A stretch of 64,000 bases of DNA from Eukaryota sp. TZLM1-RC (Eukaryota > Protista > Metamonada: BaSk clade): contig JAUPSS010000002.1 in the NCBI GenBank assembly GCA_040285825.1, positions 62,001 to 126,000 of the forward strand, written 5' to 3'. The position numbers and the translations under genes are program-made. A model generated the notes under the pieces. The model searched no databases. It was not told where the DNA came from and was given only the letters and a program-made list of their open reading frames with translations. Numbering within the stretch: the first letter of the stretch is position 1; each line of letters opens with the position of its first letter. Below are positions 11,576 to 22,992 of the stretch, in pieces.

Positions 11576-14500
11576 CTGCCCTTTCTTCTTTTCGAGCGTC
11601 GAGGCCTGATAGGAGTTGGATTAACATTATTGTTAATATTATCAGAACGACGTTTACGGCGTGAAGGACGAGAGCGAGTATTAGAAACAAACTTGGAGAA
11701 TTCTTTATAGGCAGAGGTGTTTTGAACAGTCGAAACCAGCTCAGTGGTGATATGATTGCCAGGCCATTGGACTTGACAGTAATCACCATCCTGACTGAGG
11801 ACTTTCTGGATCACGTGCTCTTCTGCATCACCAGCAGCAACCCAGGAGTGAAATTCATCATCTACTGGTAAACTGGAATGCCAAGGTTGGAGGTGCTTCA
11901 CACTGGCTTTAACAACCATACCAGTACACAGGTTCTTGATGTCATCTGTGGAGGTAGAGGGTGTGTCAATAACTAAGAATGGTCCTTTGTAGTTACCATG
12001 TAACTTAGCAGTGGAAGACGAAGCTCGTTTGACCAATTGGCCAGGAGAGAAAGGGTTGGCTTCGATTTGGGAATCACGAGGAGGAGCCTTGGAAGCTTGA
12101 CGGAGCTCTGCTTCCTCCTGTTTCTTCTTCAATCTGGCAAATTTGGATTGAATGTTGTTGATGTAGGTTGACTCAGACGTTGAGCTTTCGAGGGTCTCTA
12201 TGATTTTGCCGGGGTCAGCTCTTGGGCTAAAATCTGAACCAAACATGAGCTCGTATGGAGAGTAACCTGTAATCGAACTCTTGGATGAGTTGATTAACAA
12301 TTGTACATAGGGTATGTACTCTGACCATGCGTCGTAGGCGTTAAAATCTACGAGCAGCTTCCTCAAATTCTGCAAAATGTCACGGTGACGGCGTTCGACT
12401 AAACCGTTGGACTGAGAGAAGTGAGGGACGGACTTTGAGACTTCTATGCCCAAAAACTCACATAGAGCGTCGAAGACAGCTTTGGAGAACTCAGGACCGT
12501 TGTCACTATGAACTATGAACGGGATCCCGAATATCGCGCATACCTTCCATATGAGAGCGTCAGCAGTAAGGTTGGCGTTGAGTTCTTTGAGAGGGACTAT
12601 GATAGTGAACCTCGTGAAGCTATCCACAAATACAAGAATGTATCTGTGGCCGTCTTGATCTTCTGGAAGAGGACCAATGACGTCGACGTTAACTCTAGCG
12701 AATGGTCTGTCAGCCCACAAGGAACCAGTTGTAGGGACATGCAGTTTGGGGACTGCTGCTGTCTTCTGACAGGAGGGGCATTCTTGAACGTGCTTGGTCA
12801 TGTCTGAAAGCATGTTAGGCCACCAGTAGTCGCTGTTCTTGAGTCTGAGGAGACTTTCTGCCTTACTGGGATGGCCACCTTGCGGGAGTCCATGTAGAAG
12901 GTTAAGCGTATCCTTAACCAGTGATTGAGGAATCACGATCTTGTGCTCTGGAGTCAGATAAAGATCTAGACGACTATCCAAAGTACAGTTGTTAAACGAG
13001 GTGTCCTGGTTAGCGAGGGCTCGCTTTTGTTCGGACCTGATCTTGCAGAGCCATGGCTCGAAGAGTGGGAGGTCATTGGAGCATTTGTCTTGAAGGATGA
13101 GCACCTTCTCAAATGTATGGAGATCTTCAACGAAGCATCTCTCTGACTCGGTTTCGTCAATCCTGTTTGTGTAGTAGATAGGGTGAAACTCTTGGTCATT
13201 AGAATGTACCAGATGGTTGATGGTATGATTGTCTTGGGGCGGTACTATCCTAGATAGCATGTCTGCCCAATGGTTCTCTTCCCCTTTTGTATGAACTATG
13301 TCGAATAGGAACTCAGAAAAGATGGGAAGCCACCTTCTGACTATTCTGTTTTTGTTCGGAGCGGTAAGCATGTAAGTAAGGTTTTGGTGATCTGTGAAAA
13401 TGATCAGACGCCTTCCTTTGAGGTAGTTCTCGAAGCCACTTTCGGTAAGCATGAGAAGGATAGCATAAAGCTCTTTCTGTACCGTGGGCCAGTTCTGCTG
13501 GGAGTTAGTCAACAATCTGCTGAAGAAGCTGATTGGTCTACATTTCCTATTGAGTAAGGAAGTACCAGGGTCCTTAGTGGGTTCTATTTGTTCCCAAATC
13601 ACGCCGCCAACTGCTATATCAGAGGCATCACAACTAATTAGTACTTGGTTATCCACCGGAGGTAAGTTGAGAGGCATATGCTCCGCGATCAGACGTTTGA
13701 TTTCGGCTAAATGGTAGTCGTGAGTGTCTTTCCACTGCAAGCGACGTGGTTTGCCATGTGTTAATTTGATGATCGGGGCAACATGCTTGGTTACCTGGGG
13801 AAGCCATTCCCTAATGAAGTTGACTGAGCCGATAAGGCTACGGGCGTCTATCACAGTCTTAGGTCTGGGAAGATTCAGTAAAGACTCTGTGCGTGTAGGA
13901 TCTATGGTCCTGGTTTTGTGTTGGAATCTGCTACCAAGGATCTTTATTGGGTGTCTAGAGGACACAAAATGACACTTGGGCATTCCAAGGCTAACTCTAC
14001 GGGTTCGAGCCTTCTCGAGGACACGTCTTAGACGTCCGAGGAACTCGTTGAAAGTTCTACCTACTATAATGATGTCATCTATATAGATGAATACACCGTC
14101 TCCGGAGAAGATGTCTGCCATAACGTTCTGGAAAACCGCAGGAACGTTCTTGAGGCCGAAAGCAGCACGTTTAAACATGATGCTTTTGCCAGGGATGCTT
14201 AAGGCAGTCTTCTCCCAGTCCTTTTCTGCAATCTTTAGTTGCCAAAAGGCTTTGGGGAGGTCAAGGGTACCGATGAAATTGGCTTCCGAAAGGAAGACTA
14301 GCACATCGGATATTCTGGGGAGATTAGGTTCAACGGGAACAGTGTTGGCGTTGACTCCGTCCTTGCCGCTGTAATCACCAGTAAGGCGAGGCTTACGATG
14401 ATCAGGGTATACCACAAGACATACTGGAGAGCTGAACTCATGGTTCGATGGTACAGCAAATCCAGACTCGACGAGTTCATCGAAGATCTGTTCGGCGACT

Positions 14501-15747
14501 TTCTGCTTCTCGGGGTTTAACCTACGAGGGGGTCGTCTGACTCGAATACTTTCATCATGAAAGTTGATCTCCATTGGAGGACAGTCAATCCCATCAGCAT
14601 GCGACTTAAGGGTGAATGTCTCTTCGAACTCTTTCAAGGTTAGAAGTAAGGTCTTCTTGTCGTTATCACAGTCGAGGTTAATAGTACAACCAGAAGACTG
14701 AATGTGCTCCAACCAACGTCTAGGGACGTTGACGACATCTGAGACTTGGGAGATTCGATGGTCGAATTCAGCCTCAGGCAGAAGTAATGTACGATGTTCC
14801 TCATCCATCTTGATGAAGAGACCTTCATCGTTCAATAAGCCTAGGTGATGCAACAGGTCTCTACCCATTAGTAACATATTGTTGCCAGGAATGATGGCCA
14901 AGCTATGTTTCACATGAACTAATTGGGTTACACTACCGAGTCTGAAGCTCAGTGTGCCTTCTGCTGATCCTAAAGACTTCGACATGATGTTGTTTGCAGA
15001 CTTGAAGTTTATGCAATGGTTAGTCTTTACCATGTTGCATCTCTCTGCTAAATCAACAGTGATGACTGATATCGAAGCTCCAGAGTCGATGATCCCTTCT
15101 ATTTCGCAGTTATTTATTGAAAATTTCAATTTTAAATTTTTGCGTGCGACATCTGAGGTGCGAACCATGAAGATATCGCTGTGGGACTCTGAGTCTGGGT
15201 TCGAGTCGAACTCATGATTGAAACAGGGTTTATTTGGTGTTTCTATCGTTGTAGCTGTTTTGAAATTCCGGGTAGTCAAAGGATTAGTTAAGCACTTAAT
15301 CCACTGGTTGGAGGCTGAGGTTTGTTTTATGTTTGGTGTTTTATGTGCTGGAGAGCTGTCTTGCTCTATAGTAAACAAGGAACATTTGTTTGAACGTTGC
15401 TTTGATGTATTACCTGTTGGAGAGCTATCTTGATCTATAGTAAACATTGAATATTTATGGGAACGTTTATTACTACTAGAAGGGCCCTTGCCTCTTCCTC
15501 TACGTCTACCTCTGCCTCTACTACTACTATTACTACTACCCCTAGCCAAATATGCTCGAACGGCATCTGGGTTGGCCTCTCGCCATTGCTTGGATCGCTG
15601 GCAATCAGGGTCGGGACATTCGTTAATAGAGTGGCCTGGAAAACCACAGAATCTACAGAGACCAGCTTTATCTCTTTCTTTCTTAATTTGCGACTTGCTC
15701 CTTTTGGTAAGTTGAGCAGGGGCGACGCTGGAACCCGCGGGCTTAAA
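11560..15747 (-). CDS. Zinc knuckle plus Pol (PR, RT, RNase H, integrase, chromodomain-like) of element B
   Basis: In frame with gag after a single TAA. CRFCGFPGHSINEC, IIDSGAS, YIDD, CDASDIAVGG, H..GH..CPSC, DVIGP/SDNGPEF/SNGLVER, GPF, EEHVIQKVL..VQWPG. Confidence 0.93.
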   Translation of the reverse strand, partial: FKPAGSSVAPAQLTKRSKSQIKKERDKAGLCRFCGFPGHSINECPDPDCQRSKQWREANPDAVRAYLARGSSNSSSRGRGRRRGRGKGPSSSNKRSHKYSMFTIDQDSSPTGNTSKQRSNKCSLFTIEQDSSPAHKTPNIKQTSASNQWIKCLTNPLTTRNFKTATTIETPNKPCFNHEFDSNPDSESHSDIFMVRTSDVARKNLKLKFSINNCEIEGIIDSGASISVITVDLAERCNMVKTNHCINFKSANNIMSKSLGSAEGTLSFRLGSVTQLVHVKHSLAIIPGNNMLLMGRDLLHHLGLLNDEGLFIKMDEEHRTLLLPEAEFDHRISQVSDVVNVPRRWLEHIQSSGCTINLDCDNDKKTLLLTLKEFEETFTLKSHADGIDCPPMEINFHDESIRVRRPPRRLNPEKQKVAEQIFDELVESGFAVPSNHEFSSPVCLVVYPDHRKPRLTGDYSGKDGVNANTVPVEPNLPRISDVLVFLSEANFIGTLDLPKAFWQLKIAEKDWEKTALSIPGKSIMFKRAAFGLKNVPAVFQNVMADIFSGDGVFIYIDDIIIVGRTFNEFLGRLRRVLEKARTRRVSLGMPKCHFVSSRHPIKILGSRFQHKTRTIDPTRTESLLNLPRPKTVIDARSLIGSVNFIREWLPQVTKHVAPIIKLTHGKPRRLQWKDTHDYHLAEIKRLIAEHMPLNLPPVDNQVLISCDASDIAVGGVIWEQIEPTKDPGTSLLNRKCRPISFFSRLLTNSQQNWPTVQKELYAILLMLTESGFENYLKGRRLIIFTDHQNLTYMLTAPNKNRIVRRWLPIFSEFLFDIVHTKGEENHWADMLSRIVPPQDNHTINHLVHSNDQEFHPIYYTNRIDETESERCFVEDLHTFEKVLILQDKCSNDLPLFEPWLCKIRSEQKRALANQDTSFNNCTLDSRLDLYLTPEHKIVIPQSLVKDTLNLLHGLPQGGHPSKAESLLRLKNSDYWWPNMLSDMTKHVQECPSCQKTAAVPKLHVPTTGSLWADRPFARVNVDVIGPLPEDQDGHRYILVFVDSFTRFTIIVPLKELNANLTADALIWKVCAIFGIPFIVHSDNGPEFSKAVFDALCEFLGIEVSKSVPHFSQSNGLVERRHRDILQNLRKLLVDFNAYDAWSEYIPYVQLLINSSKSSITGYSPYELMFGSDFSPRADPGKIIETLESSTSESTYINNIQSKFARLKKKQEEAELRQASKAPPRDSQIEANPFSPGQLVKRASSSTAKLHGNYKGPFLVIDTPSTSTDDIKNLCTGMVVKASVKHLQPWHSSLPVDDEFHSWVAAGDAEEHVIQKVLSQDGDYCQVQWPGNHITTELVSTVQNTSAYKEFSKFVSNTRSRPSRRKRRSDNINNNVNPTPIRPRRSKRRKGSVSLG

Positions 15748-18660
15748 TTAGCCTATTCTTTTTTTGTCCTTTGGGTTTGCTCTAACATAGTGACCCATAT
15801 GTTGTTGATAGCTGTCACTGATATTGGCCCTTTGCTCGTCATAGGATCTTGCTGAACACCAACTCATGTATTCAGCAGCAAGGATGTCGACAAATTGTTG
15901 TAAAGTATGGTGTTGCCAAACATTGGGTGTGGACCATACTGTTTTCAGGTTGTCACTGATGGCCTGAATACCAACAGAATCGATCATATGGGTTGCAATT
16001 TCCCAGTTTTGAATGCGCTGTAGGAAATGTTGACCATACAAGGCACGGTCGCTTGCCCTGACGTCAGAAATGGCAGAACTTCGTGAGACTGTTCTCATTA
16101 GCCTCACAGTGAAGTCGCCCCAGCGATTCCTAAAGTCCTGAATATTCCAATTCATCTGGACTCTATATAACTGATTCCTCGCCGTTTCTAATGTACTATA
16201 CTGGCTGAGGTGTAAAATTGATTCCCATATTTGCTCCTCATTAATGTTGTCGATAGCTGAGATACTATCAGACATAGACGAAAACCTGCCTTGAGCTCTT
16301 AGAGCAGCCAAGCACTCTGGAGTAACACAGGAGGCAATTCTACGAGGGTCGACTTGAGCAGCAGCTCTGAATCGGTCCCACTCGTGGAGGGGGTTACCAT
16401 ATCTCTGATCGAGAGGGAGGTTCCGGTTTTCTCTGCTAATGGATTGAGGAGTGGCAGGAGGACGAGAACGTTCCTCAAGTTGCCTTCTTAATTCAGACAC
16501 TTCTCTTGCTAGTCTGACTTGAGTAGGATCAGATTCATTGATGTCTCTCTCTTCAATGGTCCTCTCGGTCCTAGCATACAGAATAAATCTGTCGATAAAT
16601 TTCAAGATCCTTACTGGGTCAGAGATATCGTTGGCTTCCAGGGTGGGTTTTCTAGGTCGACCACCTCTTTGTCTATCTCTATCTCTATCTTGTGAACTCG
16701 CCATAGCTTCCATCAGTAGGGTGTTGGAATACTGGGGAGCTATGGGAGTGTTAGAAGGAGTTACTCCTAGGAGCCTAGGGTCCTGAGGAACCTGGGAGGG
16801 AGTTGATGGATCCTGAGATTGGACAACTGCAGGTTGTTGCACTGACTCAACAGTGTCAGTTGTTGCCATTGGCTCATCTTGTTGTTGGTCATCTTGAGGC
16901 TCAATTCTCAAAGATGAGAAGACTGTGTCTGTCTCAACTGGGTCAGGCTCAGAAGTTCTCAATTCTACCGGGTCATGATCGCTCGGATAGTAACTTTGCA
17001 CATTACCATCGACATTGACCCACAGAAGAGAACTAGAATTGGTGACACCAATGTTCTCCTGTATATTCATCAGGGCGTCCCTTAGTGGCCTATTCCTTCT
17101 ATGCTCCGGACCAAAATATGACGCGCAATGGTCTGGTCTGCGGTCTTGAAGGTACAATCTTTGGTAGTTCGTAGTGTAAGTGTACCACCATCCAGTCCTG
17201 AAGTCTCTATTGATATAAATATCAAGAGAGGCATTGTATCCAGGGCTAAACCTGGGGAAAGGACATGGGTTACATCGGTTGAGGAAGAGATTCAGCTCAT
17301 CACCAGCGAAGATCCTCTGTACACCTTCCCGAGGAGTTCTGAACCCTCCAACAGTATCCCGTTGAGGATAATTTGGAGGAGGGTCACAACGAACCGTAAG
17401 ATTGTCTACTTCCTCCGTTGGGAAGTAGGGACCTATTCTTCTGCGGATCCTAAAGCCGTGATCATTAACCACTTCTGGACCCCAAAATGGGGGTAAAGCA
17501 GCAATGAGTTCATTGGGAGGAATCGATGCAGGATCTCCTAACATTAACTCAATACCAGCATTGAGAACTAAGTTTTGAGCTTCAGTTCTCTGTTGGGTAG
17601 AGATGAAAGGAGAATCTGATTCCTGGGGTTGGCTTGGGGCTTGATAGGTGTTAGGCTGTGCAGCACTAAGCACCTGCCAAGCAGCAGGAACAGAAGAAAC
17701 AACGTGACCTTGCTGAGGAGTCTGGCCAGAGGTTGGAGGGACATGAATTACTCCTCTAGTAGGAACTCCCGAAGGAGGAACAGATGGAGTTGAATGGACT
17801 TCTGTAGGAGCTACCGTAGTAGGAGCAGAAGTATCAGGAAGGCCTGCTACAGGAACTTCTTGAGAAGGAGTAGTAGGATTTGGGCTACCAGCAGGGACTG
17901 CAGAAGGAGCTGGTTGTTGCGGAGGGCTGCTTTCCATAGGAACTTCCCTAGAAGGAATGGAAGGAGCTTGTTGTCCTTCCCCAGGAGCTTCCGTAGAAGA
18001 AGTAGAAGGAACTTGTTGTCCTTCCCCAGGAGCTTTCGTAGAAGAAGTGGAAGGGGCAACAGGAGCGCAAACAATAGGTGAAGAGGGAGGCTCTACCCTC
18101 TTGAGCTTCAACAGCTCAGATATCTTGTTGCTAGCCGAGTCAGGGTCAGTCTGGTTGATGATATACTTCAGATATTCATCTAAAGTACTGAACTGTTCAG
18201 GACCTAAAAGGGAATCTTCAACCTCTCCTTCAGAACCAGGGGGAGGAGAAAGAGGTACAAAGTTTTCCACATTAGCGGGAGGAACAGGAAGACTGATAGG
18301 AACCACAGGAACGTCATCCGTAGATGGAGTGGAACCTTGACCCGAGGGTTGAGAAGAAGTATCACTTCTCTCGCCACCAGAGGGTTGTTCTGTTCCCAAC
18401 TGTGGAGTTTGGGAGGAAGAACTTGTAACATTGGGTTGTGTAACAGAATCTCCGGAGGGAGGAGTTAACACAGGAGGAGGAGAAGCATTGCTTCCCTCGG
18501 ACCCAGTTGACAAGGGTTGTTCTGGTCCCGACTGAGGAGTTCGGGAGGAAGAACTCGAAGAGTGAGACGTAGGAGGATCAGTCCTAACAGTCTCGGAGTT
18601 GTCATTGGAACCACCCAAAGGTGATCCAATACGTATTGATGATCTGTGGGGGTTAGACAT
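15748..18660 (-). CDS. Gag-like protein of element B (970 aa, long P/S/T-rich N-terminus)
   Basis: Long ORF directly upstream of and in frame with pol; its ATG lies within the 5' LTR. Confidence 0.85.
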   Translation of the reverse strand: MSNPHRSSIRIGSPLGGSNDNSETVRTDPPTSHSSSSSSRTPQSGPEQPLSTGSEGSNASPPPVLTPPSGDSVTQPNVTSSSSQTPQLGTEQPSGGERSDTSSQPSGQGSTPSTDDVPVVPISLPVPPANVENFVPLSPPPGSEGEVEDSLLGPEQFSTLDEYLKYIINQTDPDSASNKISELLKLKRVEPPSSPIVCAPVAPSTSSTKAPGEGQQVPSTSSTEAPGEGQQAPSIPSREVPMESSPPQQPAPSAVPAGSPNPTTPSQEVPVAGLPDTSAPTTVAPTEVHSTPSVPPSGVPTRGVIHVPPTSGQTPQQGHVVSSVPAAWQVLSAAQPNTYQAPSQPQESDSPFISTQQRTEAQNLVLNAGIELMLGDPASIPPNELIAALPPFWGPEVVNDHGFRIRRRIGPYFPTEEVDNLTVRCDPPPNYPQRDTVGGFRTPREGVQRIFAGDELNLFLNRCNPCPFPRFSPGYNASLDIYINRDFRTGWWYTYTTNYQRLYLQDRRPDHCASYFGPEHRRNRPLRDALMNIQENIGVTNSSSLLWVNVDGNVQSYYPSDHDPVELRTSEPDPVETDTVFSSLRIEPQDDQQQDEPMATTDTVESVQQPAVVQSQDPSTPSQVPQDPRLLGVTPSNTPIAPQYSNTLLMEAMASSQDRDRDRQRGGRPRKPTLEANDISDPVRILKFIDRFILYARTERTIEERDINESDPTQVRLAREVSELRRQLEERSRPPATPQSISRENRNLPLDQRYGNPLHEWDRFRAAAQVDPRRIASCVTPECLAALRAQGRFSSMSDSISAIDNINEEQIWESILHLSQYSTLETARNQLYRVQMNWNIQDFRNRWGDFTVRLMRTVSRSSAISDVRASDRALYGQHFLQRIQNWEIATHMIDSVGIQAISDNLKTVWSTPNVWQHHTLQQFVDILAAEYMSWCSARSYDEQRANISDSYQQHMGHYVRANPKDKKRIG

Positions 18661-18791
18661 TGAGTATACCTTAAATGTAATTTATTACAAGGGAATGAGG
18701 ATTTCCCTTGACTTAAGCGCATGGGCGCAATAATACAATAACTATTAATAAACTATAAATAAACTATTATAAATATTATCCAAGGCTAACA
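18637..18791 (-). repeat. 5' LTR of element B (155 bp)
   Basis: Direct repeat of 11421-11575; contains the gag ATG (18660). Confidence 0.95.
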
Positions 18792-19374
18792 ATTAAGCAG
18801 AATCAATAAATGTTCACACAAAAGATACAACCTTTTAATCTTAATGCTCCAACATTCGAAACAATACAATTTTTATTTAAATATCACAGCATTGATTTTT
18901 TTGGAAATTCAAAGTGCGAAGACAACAAAAAGTTATACATAACGAGACCAATGTCATTATTGTAGAACACCTCCTTTAAATCGTCACCTTGATGTTGATC
19001 TCACAAATTATTCAACCGTTTAAAAAGCAATTGTTGATCACAGTCACCAATTGATTGTGAATAATCAAGTTGCAAGACTTTGGATGAATTTTTTATCTAG
19101 TCAAAATTCAAACTACAAATTTCTGTTCAAAATGATCCAAGAGCACAGTATTCATATGTTGTATTAATCTTAATGGCAGATTGTCAGACTGTATCAATGT
19201 ATTGAAACAATCCAATATTTACTTAGAATGCGTACTAATTGGTATAAGTTCTTGTGCAGAAAGAGCAACATTGCATTCAACTAATCAGAATTGTTCAAGG
19301 TCAATCATGTCACATCAATGTCTGTCCTCCTTCTCCTCCTCAAAAGATGACAGCATGTTCTATTACACTTCCAC

Positions 19375-19875
19375 ATGTTTGCTCAAGTGCTGAAAGCTAC
19401 CTGCTCTGTTTACTCTCCTTCTCGTTCAAAAAACACCAAAAATATTGTTGAAAGAAAAATTGCCCAGCAAGTTCTATACAAAACTGAAATGTGTCGCCTG
19501 CTTATCGAGAAGGGACATTTTTCTTTTGGTGATCGTTGCAACTTTGCCCATTGCGAATCTGAGTTGAGACCGAAAATCTGCCACCCAAAGTTCAAATCTG
19601 ATAAGTGTAGATCATTTCACGAAGATGGGTACTGTCCTTATGGAAGCCGATGTCGTTTTGATCACACTTCACGTCATTCATCTGCTCCAACTAAACCTAC
19701 CAGCTCCAACATTCCCTCTGTTTGTATGCGTGGTCCTTCTTCTCTGATAGTGTTCCCAGACCCACAAAATGATGACCAGATCAATCGATTGGGTAATGTA
19801 GAGAAGTATTCCAAACGGTTACCCTTGTTTGAACGTCTTTGTTCTTCACTGCCCCAGGGATGTACATTAATATAA
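19375..19875 (+). CDS. TTP-like copy 4 (second Cys of finger 1 mutated to Phe)
   Basis: KGHFSFG instead of KGHCSFG; ORF otherwise intact. Confidence 0.85.
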   Translation: MFAQVLKATCSVYSPSRSKNTKNIVERKIAQQVLYKTEMCRLLIEKGHFSFGDRCNFAHCESELRPKICHPKFKSDKCRSFHEDGYCPYGSRCRFDHTSRHSSAPTKPTSSNIPSVCMRGPSSLIVFPDPQNDDQINRLGNVEKYSKRLPLFERLCSSLPQGCTLI

Positions 19876-20932
19876 TTGTAAAATGTAAATAAATTTTTTT
19901 ATTTTAAAATTTTTTTTACATCACTTTACTTGAATTTTTATTATAGATTTGATTTGAAAAAAGACAGAAATTCTTATTTCATGGTAAAAAACAGATGCAA
20001 ATACATTTATATAGCTACAGCAAAGCTGTTGTGATTACAGATTCTGTAAGATTCTACTCTAGCTCAAATAGACAATAAATACTGAGCCACAGAACTGGAG
20101 AATTGCAACTCGCCACAGATAACAGTAAAAGAAGAAAGAATAGAAAATTTAGTTCTTCCTATAAAATTCCTTGGAAATTTGGGATATCTTGCATTTGATT
20201 ATTTGGGCAAAATGTTTGTGGTGTATTTGTTACAATTGTCAGTCAACGATTTTAGCCCCCAGGATGTAAATGGTAGAAAGAACTGATCAAAATTTCGGTT
20301 TTTTTAGAAAATTTAATATTTTTCTGGACATTCATCAGTTTTCGAATGATTAAGCAGAATCAATAAATGTTCACACAAAAGATACAACCTTTTAATCTTA
20401 ATGCTCCAACATTCGAAACAATACAATTTTTATTTAAATATCACAGCATTGATTTTTTTTGGAAATTCAAAGTGCGAAGACAACAAAAAGTTATACATAA
20501 CGAGACCAATGTCATTATTGTGGAACACCTCCTTTAAATCGTCACCTTGATGTTGATCTCACAAATTATTCAACCGTTTAAAAAGCAATTGTTGATCACA
20601 GTCACCAATTAATTGTGAATAATCAAGTTGCAAGACTTTGGATGAATTTTTTATCTAGTCAAAATTCAAACTACAAATTTCTGTTCAAAATGATCCAAGA
20701 GCACAGTATTCATATGTTGTATTAATCTTAATGGCAGATTGTCAGACTGTATCAATGTATTGAAACAATCCAATATTTACTTAGAATGCGTACTAATTGG
20801 TATATGTTCTTGTGCAGAAAGAGCAACATTGCATTCAACTAATCAGAATTGTTCAAGGTCAATCATGTCACATCAATGTCTGTCCTCCTTCTCCTCCTCA
20901 AAAGATGACAGCATGTTCTATTACACTTCCAC

Positions 20933-21434
20933 ATGTTTGCTCAAGTGCTGAAAGCTACCTGCTCTGTTTACTCTCCTTCTCGTTCAAAAAACACCAAAAA
21001 TGTTGTTGAAAGAAAAATTGCCCAGCAAGTTCTATACAAAACTGAAATGTGTCGCCTGCTTATCGAGAAGGGACATTGTTCTTTTGGTGATCGTTGCAAC
21101 TTTGCCCATTGCGAATCTGAGTTGAGACCGAAAATCTGCCACCCAAAGTTCAAATCTGATAAGTGTAGATCATTTCACGAAGATGGGTACTGTCCTTATG
21201 GAAGCCGATGTCGTTTTGATCACTCTTCACGTCATTCTTCTGCTCCAACTAAACCTACCAGCTCCAACATTCCCTCTGTTTGTATGCGTGGTCCTTCTTC
21301 TCTGATAGTGTTCCCAGACCCACAAAAATGATGACCAGATCAATCGATTGGGTAATGTAGAGAAGTATTCCAAACGGTTACCCTTGTTTGAACGTCTTTG
21401 TTCTTCACTGCCCCAGGGATGTACATTAATATAA
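20933..21434 (+). pseudogene. TTP-like copy 5, frameshifted after the zinc fingers
   Basis: Extra A in the run at 21324-21328 truncates the protein at 132 aa, removing RLPLFERL; could be a homopolymer sequencing error. Confidence 0.7.
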
Positions 21435-22491
21435 TTGTAAAATGTAAATAAATTTTTTTATTTTAAAATGTTTTTTTACATCACTTTACTTGAATTTTTA
21501 TTGTAGGTTTGATTTGAAAAGAGACGGAAATTCTTATTTTATAGTATAAAACAGATGCAAATACATTTATATAGCTACAGCAAAGCTGTTGTGATTACAG
21601 ATTCTGTAAGATTCTACTCTAGCTCAAATAGACAATAAACACTAAGCCACAGAACTGGAGAATTGCAACTCGCCACAGATAACAGTAAAAGAAGAAAGAA
21701 TAGAAGATTTAGTTCTTCCTATAAAATTCCTTGGAAATTTGGGGTATCTTGCATTTGATTATTTGGGCAAAATGTTTGTGGTGTATTTGTTACAATTGTC
21801 AGTCAACGATTTTAGCCCCCAGGATGCAAATGGTAGAAAGAACTGATCAAAATTTCGGTTTTATTAGAAAATTTAATATATTTCTGGACATTCATCAGTT
21901 TTCGAATGATTAAGCAGAATCAATAAATGTTCACACAAAAGATACAACCTTTTAATCTTAATGCTCCAACATTCGAAACAATACAATTTTTATTTAAATA
22001 TCACAGCATTGATTTTTTTGGAAATTCAAAGTGCGAAGACAACAAAAAGTTAGACATAACGAGACCAATGTCATTATTGTGGAACACCTCCTTTAAATCG
22101 TCACCTTGATGTTGATCTCACAAATTATTCAACCGTTTAAAAAGCAATTGTTGATCACAGTCACCAATTGATTGTGAATAATCAAGTTGCAAGACTTTGA
22201 ATGAATTTTTTATCTAGTCAAAATTCAAACTACAAATTTCTGTTCAAAATGATCCAAGAGCACAGTATTCATATGTTGTATTAATCTTAATGGCAGATTG
22301 TCAGACTGTATCAATGTATTGAAACAATCCAATATTTACTTAGAATGCGTACTAATTGGTATAAGTTCTTGTGCAGAAAGAGCAACATTGCATTCAACTA
22401 ATCAGAATTGTTCAAGGTCAATCATTTCACATCAATGTCTGTCCTCCTTCTCCTCCTCAAAAGATGACAGCATGTTCTATTACACTTCCAC

Positions 22492-22992
22492 ATGTTTGCT
22501 CAAGTGCTGAAAGCTACCTGCTCTGTTTACTCTCCTTCTCGTTGAAAAAACACCAAAAATATTGTTGAAAGAAAAATTGCCCAGCAAGTTCTATACAAAA
22601 CTGAAATGTGTCGCCTGCTTATCGAGAAGGGACATTGTTCTTTTGGTGATCGTTGCAACTTTGCCCATTGCGAATCTGAGTTGAGACCGAAAATCTGCCA
22701 CCCAAAGTTCAAATCTGATAAGTGTAGATCATTTCACGAAGATGGGTACTGTCCTTATGGAAGCCGATGTCGTTTTGATCACTCTTCACGTCATTCTTCT
22801 GCTCCAACTAAACCTACCAGCTCCAACATTCCCTCTGTTTGTATGCGTGGTCCTTCTTCTCTGATAGTGTTCCCAGACCCACAAAATGATGACCAGATCA
22901 ATCGATTGGGTAATGTAGAGAAGTATTCCAAACGGTTACCCTTGTTTGAACGTCTTTGTTCTTCACTGCCCCAGGGATGTACATTAATATAA
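22492..22992 (+). pseudogene. TTP-like copy 6 with the same nonsense codon as copy 2
   Basis: TGA at 22543-22545. Confidence 0.85.

Larger units (their letters stand above)
11421..18791 (-). mobile_element. Full-length Ty3/gypsy chromovirus-like LTR retrotransposon (element B, 7371 bp)
   Basis: 155-bp LTRs with TG...CA ends and 1 mismatch; 4-bp TSD ATTA (11417-11420 / 18792-18795) restores the uninterrupted spacer GAATG-ATTA-AGCAG; PPT AAAAGAAGAAAGGGCAG. Confidence 0.97.
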
